Assembly: GCA_951406725.2 (NCBI GenBank)
Contig: OX597819.1
Coordinates: 75,764,001 to 75,828,000, forward strand
Source of the DNA: Octopus vulgaris
Lineage: Eukaryota
Reading direction: 5' to 3'
Length of the DNA stretch: 64,000 nucleotides
The notes beneath the pieces were generated by a model that was not told where the DNA came from, did not search any database, and worked only from the letters and a program-made list of their open reading frames with translations. Below are positions 1-15,674 of this stretch, piece by piece (position 1 is the stretch's first letter; every line of letters starts with the position of its first letter). The position numbers were made by a program, and so were the translations under genes.

Positions 1-59
1 ACTTAGACTCGTAAGCCCTACATATCTTTATCAATGTCCTTCCTCGTCATTGATCTTCT

Positions 60-285
60 TCATCATTAATTGGTAGTGTTTTCGCTTTCATAATATACAT
101 CCAATTTATTTCAATTTTAGCGTCCTTATCCTTGGACAACTTCTTGGTGTCTTTCCGGACGATGTTTTGGTCAGAAGGGATCGAGGTGCGCATCAAAGTA
201 TGGAGACTACCGTTCCTATGTTTGATAAGTATATCTCGATGGTTCTACCCAGCTATCCTTGTCAGTCTAGATAGACATATCTCAA
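60..285 (-). pseudogene. Degraded restriction-like endonuclease (REL) domain of an R4/Dong-type non-LTR retrotransposon
   Basis: Manual minus-strand translation gives *DMSI*TDK..NHRDILIK...SIPSDQNIVRKDTKKLSKDKDAKIEINWMY. This fits the REL pattern WD..I.TD...NRPDI.I...D.SIP.D.N...K..EK.SKY.DL.IEI..MW, with stops and frameshifts. Confidence 0.55.
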
Positions 286-374
286 ATTATAATAGCTTAA
301 TCGTTAGGTCAAAATATCGGCATATTGTTCCATTAATATAACTGCCAACCCATATCAGTCTGTATACGCATACG

Positions 375-871
<497 letters not shown>

Positions 872-1894
872 CTTACTTTGATAGGTTTCGGCCATTATTG
901 GCCCAGGCCATGTCTAACTTAATAGCACCACCTGGTGAAGTCTTTCAAGTCAGAATTTGGGCACTATGGCCCACTCAAGTAGAGAGTTATTGTTTACAGA
1001 GACATATCCGGGTGTAGGGGGTTTATCCGGGATTTCTTGAAGGAATCTGTCCAAAGACTTCTTGAACCCTATAGGGTCAGTTTCTGTTTTAATGTGTTTT
1101 GGTGTAATGTTAAAGAGAGCGGGGCCAATTGAGGTGAAATAATTGTGCCGTATTGTTGTTATGAGATGAGAGTGCGATTTTTGTTTTGGGCGGATGGCAC
1201 GGGGCCCAAGCCTTGGATGTACCTTAAAGGTGATGCCAACATCATTTGGGCAATGCTGATGGAATATTTTCCACATCATGCAGATGATGTAGCGCTCACG
1301 ACGACGTTGGAGAGAATAGAGTTTTAGCTTTTCTAGTCGACCCCAATAGTCGAGGCCTGTCATGCCATCTATCTTTTTTGTGATTGCCCTTTGAGGTGCT
1401 TCGACTTTTTTGATACCTTGTATTGTGTGGGGAGACCACAGTGGACAACAGTATTCAAGGTGGGGTCGGGCAAAAGTGGAGAAGAGAAGGATAATGGTGT
1501 GGATATCTCTCGACTGGAAAGTTCTGAGAATCCAGGAACACATTCTGCGGGCCATGTCAACTTTGGTGTTTATATGAGTGGCCCAGCTTACGTTGTTGTC
1601 CACAATTACTCCCAAGTCTCTGATGTTGTTGGACGCCGCGAGAATTTCACCTGAAGGAAGGGAGTATGGGAGTTTCAGGGCATCCTCTTTTCCAAAGTGG
1701 ATTAGCTCAAATTTATCCTCGTTCAGCAGCATATTGTTTTTTTCTGCCCATTGGATAACAGCCAGTAGATCTGACTGAAGGCATGTCCGGTCACTCGCCT
1801 CATTTATGACCTTCTGTATCTTGGAGTCATCTGCAAAGATTTTTATGTTGCTGTGCTTGATGATGTCATTAATGTCATTAATGTAAATGATGAA
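872..1894 (-). mobile_element. 5'-truncated CR1-group LINE (RT C-terminal part and 3' UTR), related to the element at 2693-6000
   Basis: ORF 950..1732 (260 aa) differs at about 34 of 260 positions from the C-terminus of ORF 2894..5911. Homology extends upstream through the FADD motif to about 1894. The 3' UTR is shared and both ends abut (TA)n. Confidence 0.93.
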
Positions 1895-1913
1895 AATATA
1901 TATATATTATATA

Positions 1914-2105
<192 letters not shown>

Positions 2106-2151
2106 TATATATAATATATATATAATATATATATATAATATATATATATAT

Positions 2152-2182
<31 letters not shown>

Positions 2183-2187
2183 ATATA

Positions 2188-2395
2188 ATAATAAATATTA
2201 GGGAATAAATCCAAATTTACAGGGAAAAAAAATGAGATTTAGGATTAAATCCAATTTTATAGTAAAATATTATAAAATATTATTAGAGACAAAAAAAGGA
2301 AAGACTTAATCAATACATAAAATTTTATGTATTGATTAAGTCTTTCCTTGTTTGTTTTGCAAAATAGTGGTTTTGTCTCTAATAATATTTTATAT
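2188..2395 (-). mobile_element. PLE-type inverted-repeat element, family 1 (short copy, no ribozyme retained)
   Basis: Same sequence as 39020-39190 and 39996-40160. Hairpin is centred at 2322/2323 with an unpaired tail of about 90 bp. Flanked by (TA)n on both sides. Confidence 0.8.
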
Positions 2396-2430
2396 ATAAT
2401 ATATATATATATATAATATATATATAATAT

Positions 2431-2893
<463 letters not shown>

Positions 2894-2903
<10 letters not shown>

Positions 2904-5900
2904 AAAGCAATCAAATAAACAAATCACCAAAACAATTAAAACCATCCACTCTCGCCTCAACATTTCTGCTTAATGCCCAAGGCATCAGCCCTTCCACCAA
3001 TACACAAAAATGGAAGATAAGATTCCTGGAGGACTGGGTCGAGGCCCATCCAAACCACATCCCTTTCTTCGTCCTCACTGAAACCCATCTTAGTGACCTC
3101 CACTTGGAAGCCGAGGTGAAAGTTAAAAATTTCAAAACCATTCGTGCTGATCGTGTTGGCAGAAGAAAGGGTGGGACTGCCATTTATGTCCATGATTCAT
3201 TCTCAACAGAAGCCATGAACATATTTTCGAATGGATACTGCGAAGCAGTCGCTGTATTCAGTCAAACCAACAACTTAACAGTAGTTGGGCTCTACAGACC
3301 ACCCCAAACGCCCCTACCATGCTTCAAGGAATGCCTCAACAGCATAAAGTGTTTCATTCAGCAGTGTCAACCTGACAACATTTTAATGATGGGAGATTTC
3401 AACCTTCCCGGGGTTGACTGGTCTATAAACAGTCTGCCGCCAGGTTCTTCTCTCTCAACCCCTGACAGGGAGGCAGTGGAATCGCTTCTTGACTTCATGG
3501 ATGACTTCTTCTTGTCCCAACTGGTACTCGAACCAACGAGATGTCACAAAAACGTCTTAGACTTAATTTTCAGCAATCACACTGATACTATCCACAATAT
3601 TGCAGTGGAGAAAACCCTACTCTCCGACCATGACATGGTTCTCTGTGATCTGAGATTTCACTGGCCAAAATGCAAAACAAATGTCATCCCTCCTGTTCAT
3701 CCATTTGACACTATGGATTTCCACAATGCAAACTGGGAAGCGATCAATAATGATCTTGCACAAGTCGATTGGTCCTTCACGCACACATACACACCCACTA
3801 ACATCAAAAAGTCCTGGCAGTCACTTGTAGACACCATCACGAACATATGTGCAAGACACACCCCATTAAGATCTGCAAACAAATCTAAGTGTCGAATCCC
3901 TAGAAATAGAAAATCTCTCATAAGGAAAATTAAAAGAATCAACAAAAAGATCAACATGCTGAAATACTGTCAACAGCAACACACCAACCTGACTGCCATC
4001 TCGTCGCTAGAGATTAAAAAACATAAACTCCAAAACAACATGATGTCTATCATCAATAGTCAGCGAAGAGCTGAAGAGGCCTGGGCCATTGAGAAGATCA
4101 AACTCAATCCCAAAGTGTTCTTTTCATTTGCAAAAAAACACAGAGTCACTGGTTCTACTGTTGGCCCTCTGATTGATGAAAATGGTATTCTTCAAGACAA
4201 TGCCAAAACCATGGGAGAAATATTGCAGAAACAATATTGCTCTGTTTTCAGCAATCCTGATATGACTGATCTGGGCTGTATCAGTGATGTTACTCCCCAA
4301 TACACTTTATCGGACATAACATTTGGCGCTCCTGATGTCTTAGCAGCAATAAAGGAAATGAAGCATAATTCAGCAGTAGGTCCCGATAGGTTCCCTGCTT
4401 GTGTCTTGAAGATGTGTCAAAACCAACTTGCACCCCCTCTAGCCAATCTGTGGCGGAACTCATTGGATGCTGGATATATACCAGAAGACCTTCTATCCCA
4501 GTCTGTTGTCCCAGTTTTCAAAAAAGGAAACAAATCGCTTGCCGTGAATTACCGTCCAATCTCACTCACCTCTCATATCATCAAGGTATTTGAGAGGGTG
4601 CTGAGATCGCGTATGACTCACTTCCTTGAGAGTCATAATATGCTGAACCCCAACCAGCATGGATTCCGTAATGGGAGAGATTGCCTGACGCAGCTACTGC
4701 ATCATTTTGATGACATTTTGAGAGCCTTGGGAGAGGGTTCCAACACTGATGTCATCTACCTTGATTTCAGCAAGGCCTTTGACAGGGTTGATCATAAGAT
4801 CCTTCTGAGAAAGCTGTCCAATATTGGTGTCACTGGAAAGCTGCTGCAATGGATCAAGTGCTTCCTCTCTAACAGAACCCAACATGTTGTAGTCGAAGGA
4901 GTCAAATCCAGCCCAGCCAAAGTCAGCAGTGGTGTCCCACAAGGCACTGTGTTGGGCCCACTTCTCTTCATCATCTACATAAATGATATTACTGACACCA
5001 TCAAACACAGCAACATCAGAACCTTCGCTGATGATTCCAAGCTCCAGAAGGTCATCAATGGCGTGGATGACCGAATAAACCTTCAGTCAGACCTACTAGC
5101 TGTTGTCCAATGGGCGGAAAAGAATAACATGTTGCTAAATGAAGACAAATTCGAACTGATCCACTTTGGAAGGGAGGACGCTCTGAAACTCCCATACTCT
5201 CTTCCTTCTGGAGAAATTCTCATGGCATCCAACAACATCAGAGACCTGGGAGTAACAGTGGACAACAACATAAGCTGGGCTACACATATAAGCAGCAAAG
5301 TTGACATGGCCCGCAGAATGTGTTCCTGGATTCTCAGAACCTTCCAGTCGAGAGATTCCCACGCTATTATCCTTCTCTTCTCCACTTTTGCCCGACCCCA
5401 CCTTGAATACTGCTGTCCACTGTGGTCTCCCTACACAAAACAAAATATTATGAGAATTGAAGCTCCCCAAAGGTCAATCACAAAAAAGATAGATGGCATG
5501 TCAGACCTTGACTACTGGGGTAGACTAGAGAAGCTGAAATTGTATTCACTCCAACGACGCCGTGAACGCTACATTATCTGTATGATGTGGAAAATATTCC
5601 ATCAGCACTGTCCGAATGATGTTGGCATCACCTTCAAAATGCATCCAAGGCTTGGACCACGTGCCATCCGTCCACAACAAAAATCTAAATCGCATCACAT
5701 AACGACAATACGGCACAACTATTTCACCTCAATTGGACCCGCTCTCTTCAACATTACACCAGGACACGTCAAAAAAGAAACTGACCACACAAAATTCAAG
5801 AAGTCTTTGGACAAATTCCTTCAAACAGTACCGGACAAACCATCCACACCCGGATATGTCTCCGCAAACAATAACTCTCTGCTCGAATGGGCCTTGGTGC

Positions 5901-5911
5901 CCAAATCCTGA
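2894..5911 (+). CDS. LINE ORF2: apurinic-like endonuclease plus reverse transcriptase (1005 aa)
   Basis: APE motifs LLNAQG, LTETHL, GLYRPP, GDFNLP, LDLIF, SDHDMV. RT motifs NYRPISLTS, QHGFR, YLDFSKAFD, GVPQGTVLGPLLF, FADD, DLGV. No stops. Confidence 0.96.
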
Positions 5912-6000
5912 ACTGAAAGACTTCGCCAGGTGGTGCTATTAAGTTAGACATGGCCTGGGCCAATACTGGCCAAAAACCTTTCTAAGTTATTCTAAGTTAT

Positions 6001-6534
<534 letters not shown>

Positions 6535-6908
6535 CCAATTAAGGACTGAACACGAAAAGGTGGACAGTCAACATGCTAGATATAGACGTCAAATCGCCAT
6601 TCTCCACAAAGATTTTGTTCTCAAATAAAAATAAAATTCAGCACGACCTAAAGCAATGTATGAGACAAAAGAAATATACTTCTTTTGTCTCATACATTGC
6701 TTTAGGTCGTGCTGAATTTTATTTTTATTTGAGAACAAAATCTTTGTGGAGAATGGCGATTTGACGTCTATATCTAGCATGTTGACTGTCCACCTTTTCG
6801 TGTTCAGTCCTTAATTGGTATATATAAATATTTTAATCTTCGGATTCTTTTAATGTGCTAGACCACTGGTTTTAATTGACTAATATCAATTTCTACCCTT
6901 AATTTTTA
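6535..6908 (+). mobile_element. PLE-type inverted-repeat element, family 2 (139-bp arms plus tail)
   Basis: 6535-6673 is the reverse complement of 6680-6818 around a 6-nt loop. An unpaired tail of about 85 bp follows. (TA)n on both sides. Confidence 0.75.
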
Positions 6909-6914
6909 ATATAT

Positions 6915-7105
<191 letters not shown>

Positions 7106-7211
7106 AATCATCGAAGTACTGCTACATGCTTTCTATATTGAGCATCACTATATTGAGCTCAACTTTCTTTCTCTCCCCCTGTCTATTTCTCAACATATAG
7201 ACATAGTGTGT

Positions 7212-7248
<37 letters not shown>

Positions 7249-8309
7249 TGATAGAGAGAGGAGGAGGAGGAGGAGGAGAGAGAGAGAGAGAAATCCAGTG
7301 ATCTTAGTATAGAAAACACGTAATAGTTCTTAAATGATTTGAACTTAAACTCTGAAATCTATAAGACGAATCCAGGTGGGCTATCGGACGTGAAATGCCA
7401 TGTACCCTCTGCTTAGTTTCCTGCATTTGCTCCATGTTAGTCTGTTCTGTAAATATATAACTATCTGTATGATTATACACGAATGTTCATCTGATGAATA
7501 TTTTCGTGTCTTGTTTCTCTTTGTCTGTCTGTCTGTCTGTCTGTATATATATATATATATATATATATTTACATGTATATATATATATTTATGAACGTAT
7601 ATTTTATATATAAAGCCCAGGTGTGTTTATTTGCGTCATTATCTCCCTGTACCTGTCTTCACCTCTCTACTTAGCTATCTCTCTCTCTTTCTCCCTCTCT
7701 CTATAAGTATGTATGTATTCCGACTTTTGAAGGATAATTATTTCGTTGTGTTAATTGTGTACTCTGCACTTTACTATCTATATTTTTAATTATTAAAATT
7801 TTTTTTTTGAAGTTAGCCATCAATCAAATCAAACCTCTTTCCGCTCCTATTCCAGAACTTTCGCGCCTTTTTTCATTTTCCCCCCTTACTTCCTCTCTGT
7901 CGAGTCTTACAGAAAGAGGAATAACTATGAACTTGTTTTTCTTTTAGTTTGCTTCTTTACTATAATTTGCTTTCTATTATATTTGGATTTTATCGTTTTT
8001 TACTATTTTATCCCATATCTCTAAATATGATTATTTTCATGTCTCTTTATTACACTAATCAAATTTTATTTGTTTTTAAGTATTTCTGGTCCCACTTTTG
8101 TTACTCTGAAGTCGTTGCCTATTTCTTTCAGATTTCATTCACTTTGAGCGCTGGGCAGATATATCGTATCTATACCATGATAAAGTGATGGCTTCGTAAA
8201 ACGTTAGTAATTCTCTAATTTTCGTGCTCAACCATTTCAAATCATTTAACTTCTAATTCATTTTGTTAATTTGGATAGCATGTGTGTTCATTCATTCATG
8301 TCTTATTTA

Positions 8310-8960
8310 GTAGTTCAGCAGATTTCCTAATAGAGTAAGAGGCAGGCAGAAGAGTAGAGACGATAAGGAGTTACCCGAAATATTTATCATATGGCTGTAG
8401 GGCTAGTTTGATAATCTCTTTTTCCATGCAGTGATATTAATATTTTTCCATCCTGACAGGGAATAATTAATGTAACATGTTTGTAGTGGAGCTACTTAAA
8501 TTATATGGAGCATCCTCAATATCCAAGTGTGTTGTTTGCTATCAGATAATTTTCATTAATTACTCCATACCATGCAAAGAGTCTTCCTATTTTGCCAACT
8601 TGGTAATTACTCGATTCATGAGTAGCTATTCTTTCCGTCACCTTTCTGCTTATCTGGTAAAGTGTTATTGTTTTCAAGATGCGCGACTGGGCTTATATAA
8701 AGTATTTACATATATAAGCCATTTGTATTTTGATAAGAAACAAAATATAGACTATATTTCAAGGGTCTCAAATGTGTTTCCTTTCGGAAATCAATAGTGT
8801 ATTCCCATGTTGTAGCTGTTTGGATGTTGACTATATCTTTTTACTAATTCCTTGAATGCAGCTACTACAAATTCTGACATACTGGTTTGGTGTTCGGCCA
8901 GACATTGGAACTTTCTCAATCGCAGGAGATTTCCTGTGGCTTGCAGTTCTGAAAATAAAA
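8310..8960 (-). pseudogene. Degraded RT of an R4/Dong-type non-LTR retrotransposon
   Basis: Minus-strand fragments in correct RT order: KSPAIEKVP, HLENNNTLPDKQKG, LCMVW...SDSKQHTWIL, IF..SLSSLLFCLPL..L..LLN. Confidence 0.6.
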
Positions 8961-9512
8961 ACGAATTCTATGCTGACTATAGCGAGTCATGCGTCTGGAA
9001 CCATTGCTTGTTTTATCTATTTCCTTTCTGGTCTATTGCACTTTTTGTTTATCTTGAACGCTTTTGTTTTGTATTCTGTCCCAGTATGCTTGGATTTCCG
9101 TTTTGTTTTTAAAACTCGTAGAACTTTTATAACTTGACTCAGCTACCTTGTTTTCGTGGAAGAAGCGCTCACACATTAAGACACTTCTTATACTGCATGT
9201 CATTGCCCCAGCATGGCAGAAATCTAATGACTGAAACAAGTACAAGAATAAAAGAATATATACATACATATACATACGTATATATGAACAAAGGCACGCA
9301 TTTATACGATGTATTTCTAGGGTGTTGTGTCTAACAAATTCACTCACAAGTCATTTGTCAGCCCAGGGCTATAATAGAAGACACTTGTCTACGGAGTGGG
9401 GCAGTGTGACTGAACTCGAAATCAAGTGTTTCTTAATAACACAGTTATGCCTATACATATTTCTATAATTTTCTAAGGTAACTCCTTAATGCTAGTTTTA
9501 GTCGAACCGTTA

Positions 9513-9727
9513 CAGCGATGAGCTGGTAGAATCATTAGCACGTCAAGCGAAATGCCTAGCGACCTTTTGTCTGTATTCACGTTCTGAATTCGAATTCCGC
9601 AGGGGTCGACTTTGCCTATTATCCTTTCAGGGTCGATAAAATAAGTATCAGTTGAACATTGGGATCGGTTTAATCGGCTTAGACTTTCTCCCAAACCTGC
9701 TGGCCTTGTGAAAAAATTTGAAACAAA
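9513..9727 (+). mobile_element. tRNA-derived SINE, family A
   Basis: Head gagctggcagaa..gttagca and core gtcgactttgcctttcatcctttcggggtcgataaaataagtaccag recur more than 15 times in the window. Confidence 0.8.
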
Positions 9728-10089
9728 TATCAGTTGAACCTTTGTGACGCTTATTTTTATTTTGCTCATTATTAAACGCGCTATGGCGGCGAGCTGGCAG
9801 ATTCGTTAGCGTGTCAGCAAATGCGGTGCATTACTTTTTCTACTTCATTATGTTCAGTGTTCAAATCCGATAGAGGGCAACCATTCTTTTCCGTCCTCTG
9901 TGGTTGCATCATTTGTTGAATGGTTTCTATGGAGACTTGTGTGTAATTTTCATTATCATTTGCGTGCTTTATCCCTTTTTTTCTCACTGCCCGTATTTCT
10001 TTTAACGCAACACCTTTTGTTTCGCGCGTGGCGGCTTTTGATAGTGCTTTGAGGGCTCAGTTATTTAAGTCGTTACCTTTTCTTTCTTT

Positions 10090-10212
10090 CTTCTTCTTCC
10101 TTTCTTCTTCCTTTCTTCTTCTTCTTCTTCTTCTTCTTCTTCTTCTTCTTCTTCTTCTTCTTCTTCTTCTTCTTCTTCTTCTTCTTCTTCTTCTTCTTCT
10201 TCTTCTTCTTCT
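10090..10212. repeat. (CTT)n microsatellite
   Basis: Direct reading. Confidence 0.97.
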
Positions 10213-10789
10213 ATCGCAGTTGCTTCTTTCTATAGTTTCATGCAAACAAAGTTTTCACAGCGTCACCAGTTATACCTTTGTATTCCTGTGGTGTGTGCTT
10301 TAATTATCTTTCGCTGTTCCGAGAAGTTATTTGTGCTACATATAATGCACAGTGTTTGAAGTTGATTATATATCATTGTGATGTTTCTATCTTTTCTCTA
10401 GGAAGCCTTTATAATATGCAGAAGTAATTGTATAGAAAATGTTCCGTTAGAGTTATATTTCCGTATTGGGATTGTATTGAATGTATGCTACGTGATTTGG
10501 GCAACTGAATCAAATCCGTCTTTCTTAGTATTTAGACTGTAAAAGAAGTAAGGTTATATTTTGATGTTCTTGTCAGGCAAGTGATTTGATCTGAGGCCAT
10601 GTGTTGAAACAAAAGCAATTAGCAAGGACGATACATATTAGCCATTCGAAAGCACACATGGTCGGTCTGTTAACTTTACTAAAGCATTTTAGGTAAGTGA
10701 CCAGGTTGTAGTTGGTGCGACGAAAAGTTTGGTACCAGGTAATGTATAGTTAAATGAATTTAACAATATTTGCGTAGTTTTGAATAGAT

Positions 10790-11060
10790 TATATGTCTTA
10801 CACGCACTAAGTGCTATATTTTGTATTATGCGCAAAGTTATTAACTGTGTCATGGCCTTCATGTCTTCCATCAAATTTAATTTTCATCAAACCAAGTATT
10901 GACCTGTTCTGCTTTTGCTTTTAGGTACCATGTGTTGATTATTTCTATTTCAAGATCCTTCTGCTTTGATAGCGTTTAGAATTCCTGCCCGTAATTGTTT
11001 TAGGTCGCAAGAGATCAAAATGGCTTCCATATATCATAGACTATGCAGTTATACTTGTTA
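10790..11060 (-). pseudogene. Degraded REL C-terminus of an R4/Dong-type element
   Basis: Minus-strand KDLEIEIINTWYLK...IQNIAL resembles KYKDL.IEI..MW.LK...IQKIALLG. Confidence 0.45.
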
Positions 11061-12310
11061 ATCGTTGATTCATTCATTACTGTTCTGGTATAATACGGTA
11101 TACCCAATCGTGAACCGCGTTACGCTTATTACGATTTGATTTGTGATAACACGGATCGGCGATCAATCAGAAATTCTTCTTGGGCTGTAAAAGTGTCCAG
11201 TGACCATCCGCATTGCTCAGCGAGTCACAATGTACTGCTTATCGTTCGTGTTTCCATCACCGTGAACAGATACTGCGTATTCTTTATATGGATTTACATA
11301 CACGAGCTCTTATTATTCATATATCAGTAATTCATTTAATAAGGTATTTTTTGGAACCAAGCATACATAACCGAGGACAGATATACTCACTTTTGTCATT
11401 CATTGATATATATTTGATTCCTTGTCAATGTGCACAACCATACCCTAAACATTTAATCGCCCTATCATTGTCACCCAGCTACTTTTACCATTTACATCCC
11501 TTTAAAAATGTGTCTGTGTATAACCTAGTGGATATAGTACTAATACAGCCATTTCAAGGGACATATTCAACGCTTGCACGAGCTGGACAGCGTCCAAGAA
11601 TAGTCTTGGTTAATTGTTTATTTTGATTGGTTAGTTTTCTGTTCATGTCAGCCACTTGTTTAATTTTTCGATTTTCTTATTTTTTTTCATGCTCTGCAGG
11701 CATTACTAAATTGAAATCTAGCGTTACTACCTTTAGTACAAAGCATTTACGCCTTTGTGGTTTTTCATGGCGGTCAACTATTTCTCTGTCCAGTCTTGCA
11801 GGTTATTGACTATGGGCTACCGTTTTTGTCTTGTTTGTTCTTTGGTATTTTTTGTGTTCTGCTTTGAGTTTATCTTTTGTGCGTCAAGCGGATGAGAAAA
11901 TGTGTGTCTGTCTGTGTTGTGTATGCGTGTATGTGTGTGCATGTGTGTGTGTGAGAGAGCGAGAGAGCGTGAAAGGGAGAGCGTGAGAGCGAGAACGCGA
12001 GAGAGAAAGGGAGAGACAGAAAGAAAAATAGAGAAAGAGAGAGAAAATGAAGGAGAGAAAAGAGAGAGAGAGTGCGTGAATGACTATGTTCATGCACATA
12101 TATCTATGTGTATGAATGTCTGTATGTATGTGTGAATGTATATGTGTCTGATGTGTATATCTAAGTTAATTTGTGCTCGTGCGTGTATATGAAAATGTGT
12201 GAGTTTATACAGCAGTGCACGTTTCTGCACATGTGTGTAGAGAGTAAGATAGAGAGGAGAGAGATAGAAAGAAATTGAAAGACAAGGGGTTTATATATGT
12301 TCCTGAGAGA

Positions 12311-12389
<79 letters not shown>

Positions 12390-12398
12390 CCTGCGTGA

Positions 12399-12431
<33 letters not shown>

Positions 12432-12764
12432 TGTATGTGTATGTGTGTGATTTAATGAATGTGTATGCCCCTGTGCGTTTGTGTGTGTACGTGTACGTGT
12501 GAGCATGCGCGTGTAAAGAGAAAGAGAGAGAAGATGAGGGGTGTGAGTGCGTGAGTATATCTGTATGCGTGGATATATGAGTATGTGCGAGTATATAAAT
12601 AAAGCAAGGATCATTGAATTTCCCAAGTTGCACTGATGCTATTTCCTCACCTTTATTAATAAATCTTCATCAACGTCTACAACGGTAACAACAACAGGAT
12701 CAACAACAGTAGTCCTCTCCCATCACCATCACCAACAACAACATGAATAACGATTTCATAATAA

Positions 12765-12789
12765 TGATGATGATGATGATGATGATGAT

Positions 12790-12875
<86 letters not shown>

Positions 12876-12888
12876 TAATAATAATAAT
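12765..12888. repeat. (GAT)n/(TAA)n microsatellite
   Basis: Direct reading. Confidence 0.95.
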
Positions 12889-13907
12889 ACAAAGGCCACA
12901 GTACTATTAAGAAGCAAGGCACTAGATCAAAGCAGAAAAGACACAAGGCCGAAAAGAACTAACATTCGAAATGATAATATGATCATAGAAGTCGTTCTTG
13001 GAACTATTCAAAACAGAAACATAAAAGCATGCTCTCAGCCTCACACTTAATGACAAATGGAATATGAGATCAACCAGAGTTAATAAAGTTGAGAACCTTG
13101 TAGAAACAATAAAGAAAATAGAAGAAAACGTAACAACATAGTGGAATATGAATAAAGGCAATCCCTTTACCAAGTTACACGCAAGCAGCGCTATGAGAAA
13201 ATAAACAAACATTAGCGCGAACTAAAGCATATTATGTTCCTGGAAATAAACTGTCCAAATATGAATACGTTGACTGATCTTATTCTATTAAGTAACTGTG
13301 ATTCTACTGGGGGGAATCAGGGCTAGGTTCTAATAAAGGTACATATAAAAATGTGAAGCAAATTTACTATTACATACAGCTATACGATAAAGGTCCTCTT
13401 TTTACTCAGTAGAATGAGGCACGAGGGGATCCAAAATGAAAAATAAATTTAAAAATCGAGAAAGAATAAAAGTAATAAGTATAATTTCAATTATAGATGC
13501 AAAAGAAAAGTTTAAGTAAATTGTATCATTAAAAGTATGCCAAATAAGACTTTTCGTAAAACACTTGCATTTCGCCTAAGAAACAGTGATTTTGAATGAA
13601 ATATAGCCCTTTCTAAGTATCATCGGTTGCCAACGTGAAAAACATTTGACTGAAAACTAGTATGGCAGTGATGATGACGTCAGAAAGGGGCGTATGGATG
13701 TAAAGAGAAACTACTGTTAAAATAGGCTGTTAAAGGGGACGGCAAAGAAAGAAAAAATAAACCTTGGGATGGTGTGAATTGACTATTGAAAAACCTTTGT
13801 TTGGACACCGTACTCTTGCTTACTGGAGACTCTATACACACAGGTACAACAGCACCAATTCTAGCATGGTATGTGATGCATGACTTGTCAAAATGGAAAA
13901 AAAAACT

Positions 13908-14224
13908 AAAATGGCACTCCGTCGGTTACAACGACATACGTTCCCGCTGATCCAATCAACGGAACAGCCTGCTCGTAAAATTAACATGCAAGTGGATGAG
14001 CTCTCCACAGTTATGCATACCCTGAACGTAGTTTTCAGGGAGATTCAGCTTGACACAAGAATGTGACATGGTTGGCACTCTGAATTACATATACAAGTCA
14101 TTTTTACCGGCCGAGTGTACTGGAGCAACGTGAAATACAGTGTCTTGCTCAAGGATACAACGCGTCGCTGGGAATCGAACTCACGACCTTACGATGGTGA
14201 GCCTAATCATTGTCACGCGCCTTC
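13908..14224 (-). mobile_element. tRNA-derived SINE, family C
   Basis: Shares ggagcaacgtgaaat..agtgtcttgctcaag and a tRNA-like head (B-box gttcgattccc on minus) with 25537-25865, 38095-38250, 45590-45810 and 62040-62287. Confidence 0.75.
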
Positions 14225-15126
14225 GCTATGTCAAGATGGAAAGCAACCATATTATGAACAAACAACGAGTACTTGATTAAATTCAGACCTATGCTCATCA
14301 TAAAAGAGCAATCTTTCAAGGAGACTTCTTATAAATTCATTGGTTTTCGCATTTATAAATCGCAGCTTTACATAATATTGGAAATTGAGTGAATTGAAGA
14401 GCTTCAAACAGAAAACACTTGGAAACTAATAATAGCGTTCCCGAAATCTTTTCTCTCTTTATAAACACACACTAAAGTGCAAGTTAGGAGCTAACTATAC
14501 TGACAAAAAGGATTTAGATACGAACAATATAATAGAAACAGATAATAATCAGAAGACTAAATCAAAATTGAATTCCAAAATATTATGAAGCAAAAATAGA
14601 GAGAAAGCTACTCCGTGCCTAATCCCCTCTGGGATTCGGTAGGGTGGAAGTAAACAAATGTGAAATCCAAGAACGGAATGCGTAATTTTAGTTATTTAAG
14701 ATTCTAAAGCCATAAATAATAAGAAAATAAGGAAACAGAGTAACCATCAATCGTTGAATATGCAATCAGTACAACGAGACAATAGACTATATCTAACTGG
14801 AAGTTTATCCACGGAGATATGATCGACTCAGTGGATGTATTTACTGGACAGCGTGATATCACAGTGACGTGAAAACGTATAAGTATATATTAAACCCGTG
14901 TCAACAACTAGTCACAGTCATTTGGGATATACCTGTCCAGAAGAGACATGAATAGTTTTTGTTTCTGACTAAGGAACAAAGCCAATAATTTTAAAGGAGG
15001 GGAAGTTAATACCATCGACCCTAGTTCTTGAGTTGTATTGTATTTTATCGAACCTCAGTGGGTTTTGTAAGCAGAATTTAAAGTGTTAGAACAAAAGCTT
15101 CAAAGAATTTTTACTGACGCGTTAAT

Positions 15127-15674
15127 CATTTACATTTGACGGATATTTGTCCTCATCTTGTTTGTTGTTAACACAACGTTTCGGATGGTATACCCTCCAA
15201 CCTGGGTTCTCATTCCAATGTTATTTCTATTTTTCCTGTCACTTCACTGCCTAGAATCGAACTCGCTCTTAACCACTACGCCGCATGCCCAAGTGAATTT
15301 TAGGGCTTATAAATCTAATATTTTCCTATCCTTCCTTAATACCGGTTCCTATATGCTATTCATATCTGCACTCGGTCAGCTTAGCAAGTTATTGTGTCCT
15401 AGCATATGTGCTGATTCTTTTAGTTTTCATATTTTCCAGTGGTGTTCTCTGTCTATTATTTTAACTTCATCCCACAGGGGGAGGTGGTCTCCATTTTCCC
15501 ATACATGATCATTTTTAACTTCATCCCACCGGGAGAGGTGGTCTCCATTTTTCCATACATGATGAAAGCTGGAGGGTATATCAGCCGAAACGTTGTGTTA
15601 ACAACAAACAAGAGGAGGAGAAATATCCGTCAAATGTAAATAATGTACATAATTCCTCATCTCTTAAATATAGA
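15127..15674 (+). mobile_element. PLE-type inverted-repeat element, family 3, with degenerate hammerhead and target-site duplication
   Basis: 15128-15199 is inverted relative to 15570-15641, followed by a tail. Direct repeat ACTGACGCGTTAAT lies at 15113-15126 and 15675-15688. Hammerhead-like ATAC-ATGATGA-AAGCTG..CAGCC-GAAA-CG-TT-GTGT at 15555-15598. Confidence 0.75.

Noticed and set aside
6573-6780. Two near-identical 63-aa ORFs on opposite strands
   Set aside because: A by-product of the DNA palindrome, with no protein motif.
7485-7512. CTGATGA hammerhead-like core
   Set aside because: No stem II followed by GAAA and no stem III.
12900-14600. Purine-rich stretches possibly derived from an R4/Dong element after the (TAA)n tract
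   Set aside because: No motif could be recovered convincingly by manual translation.
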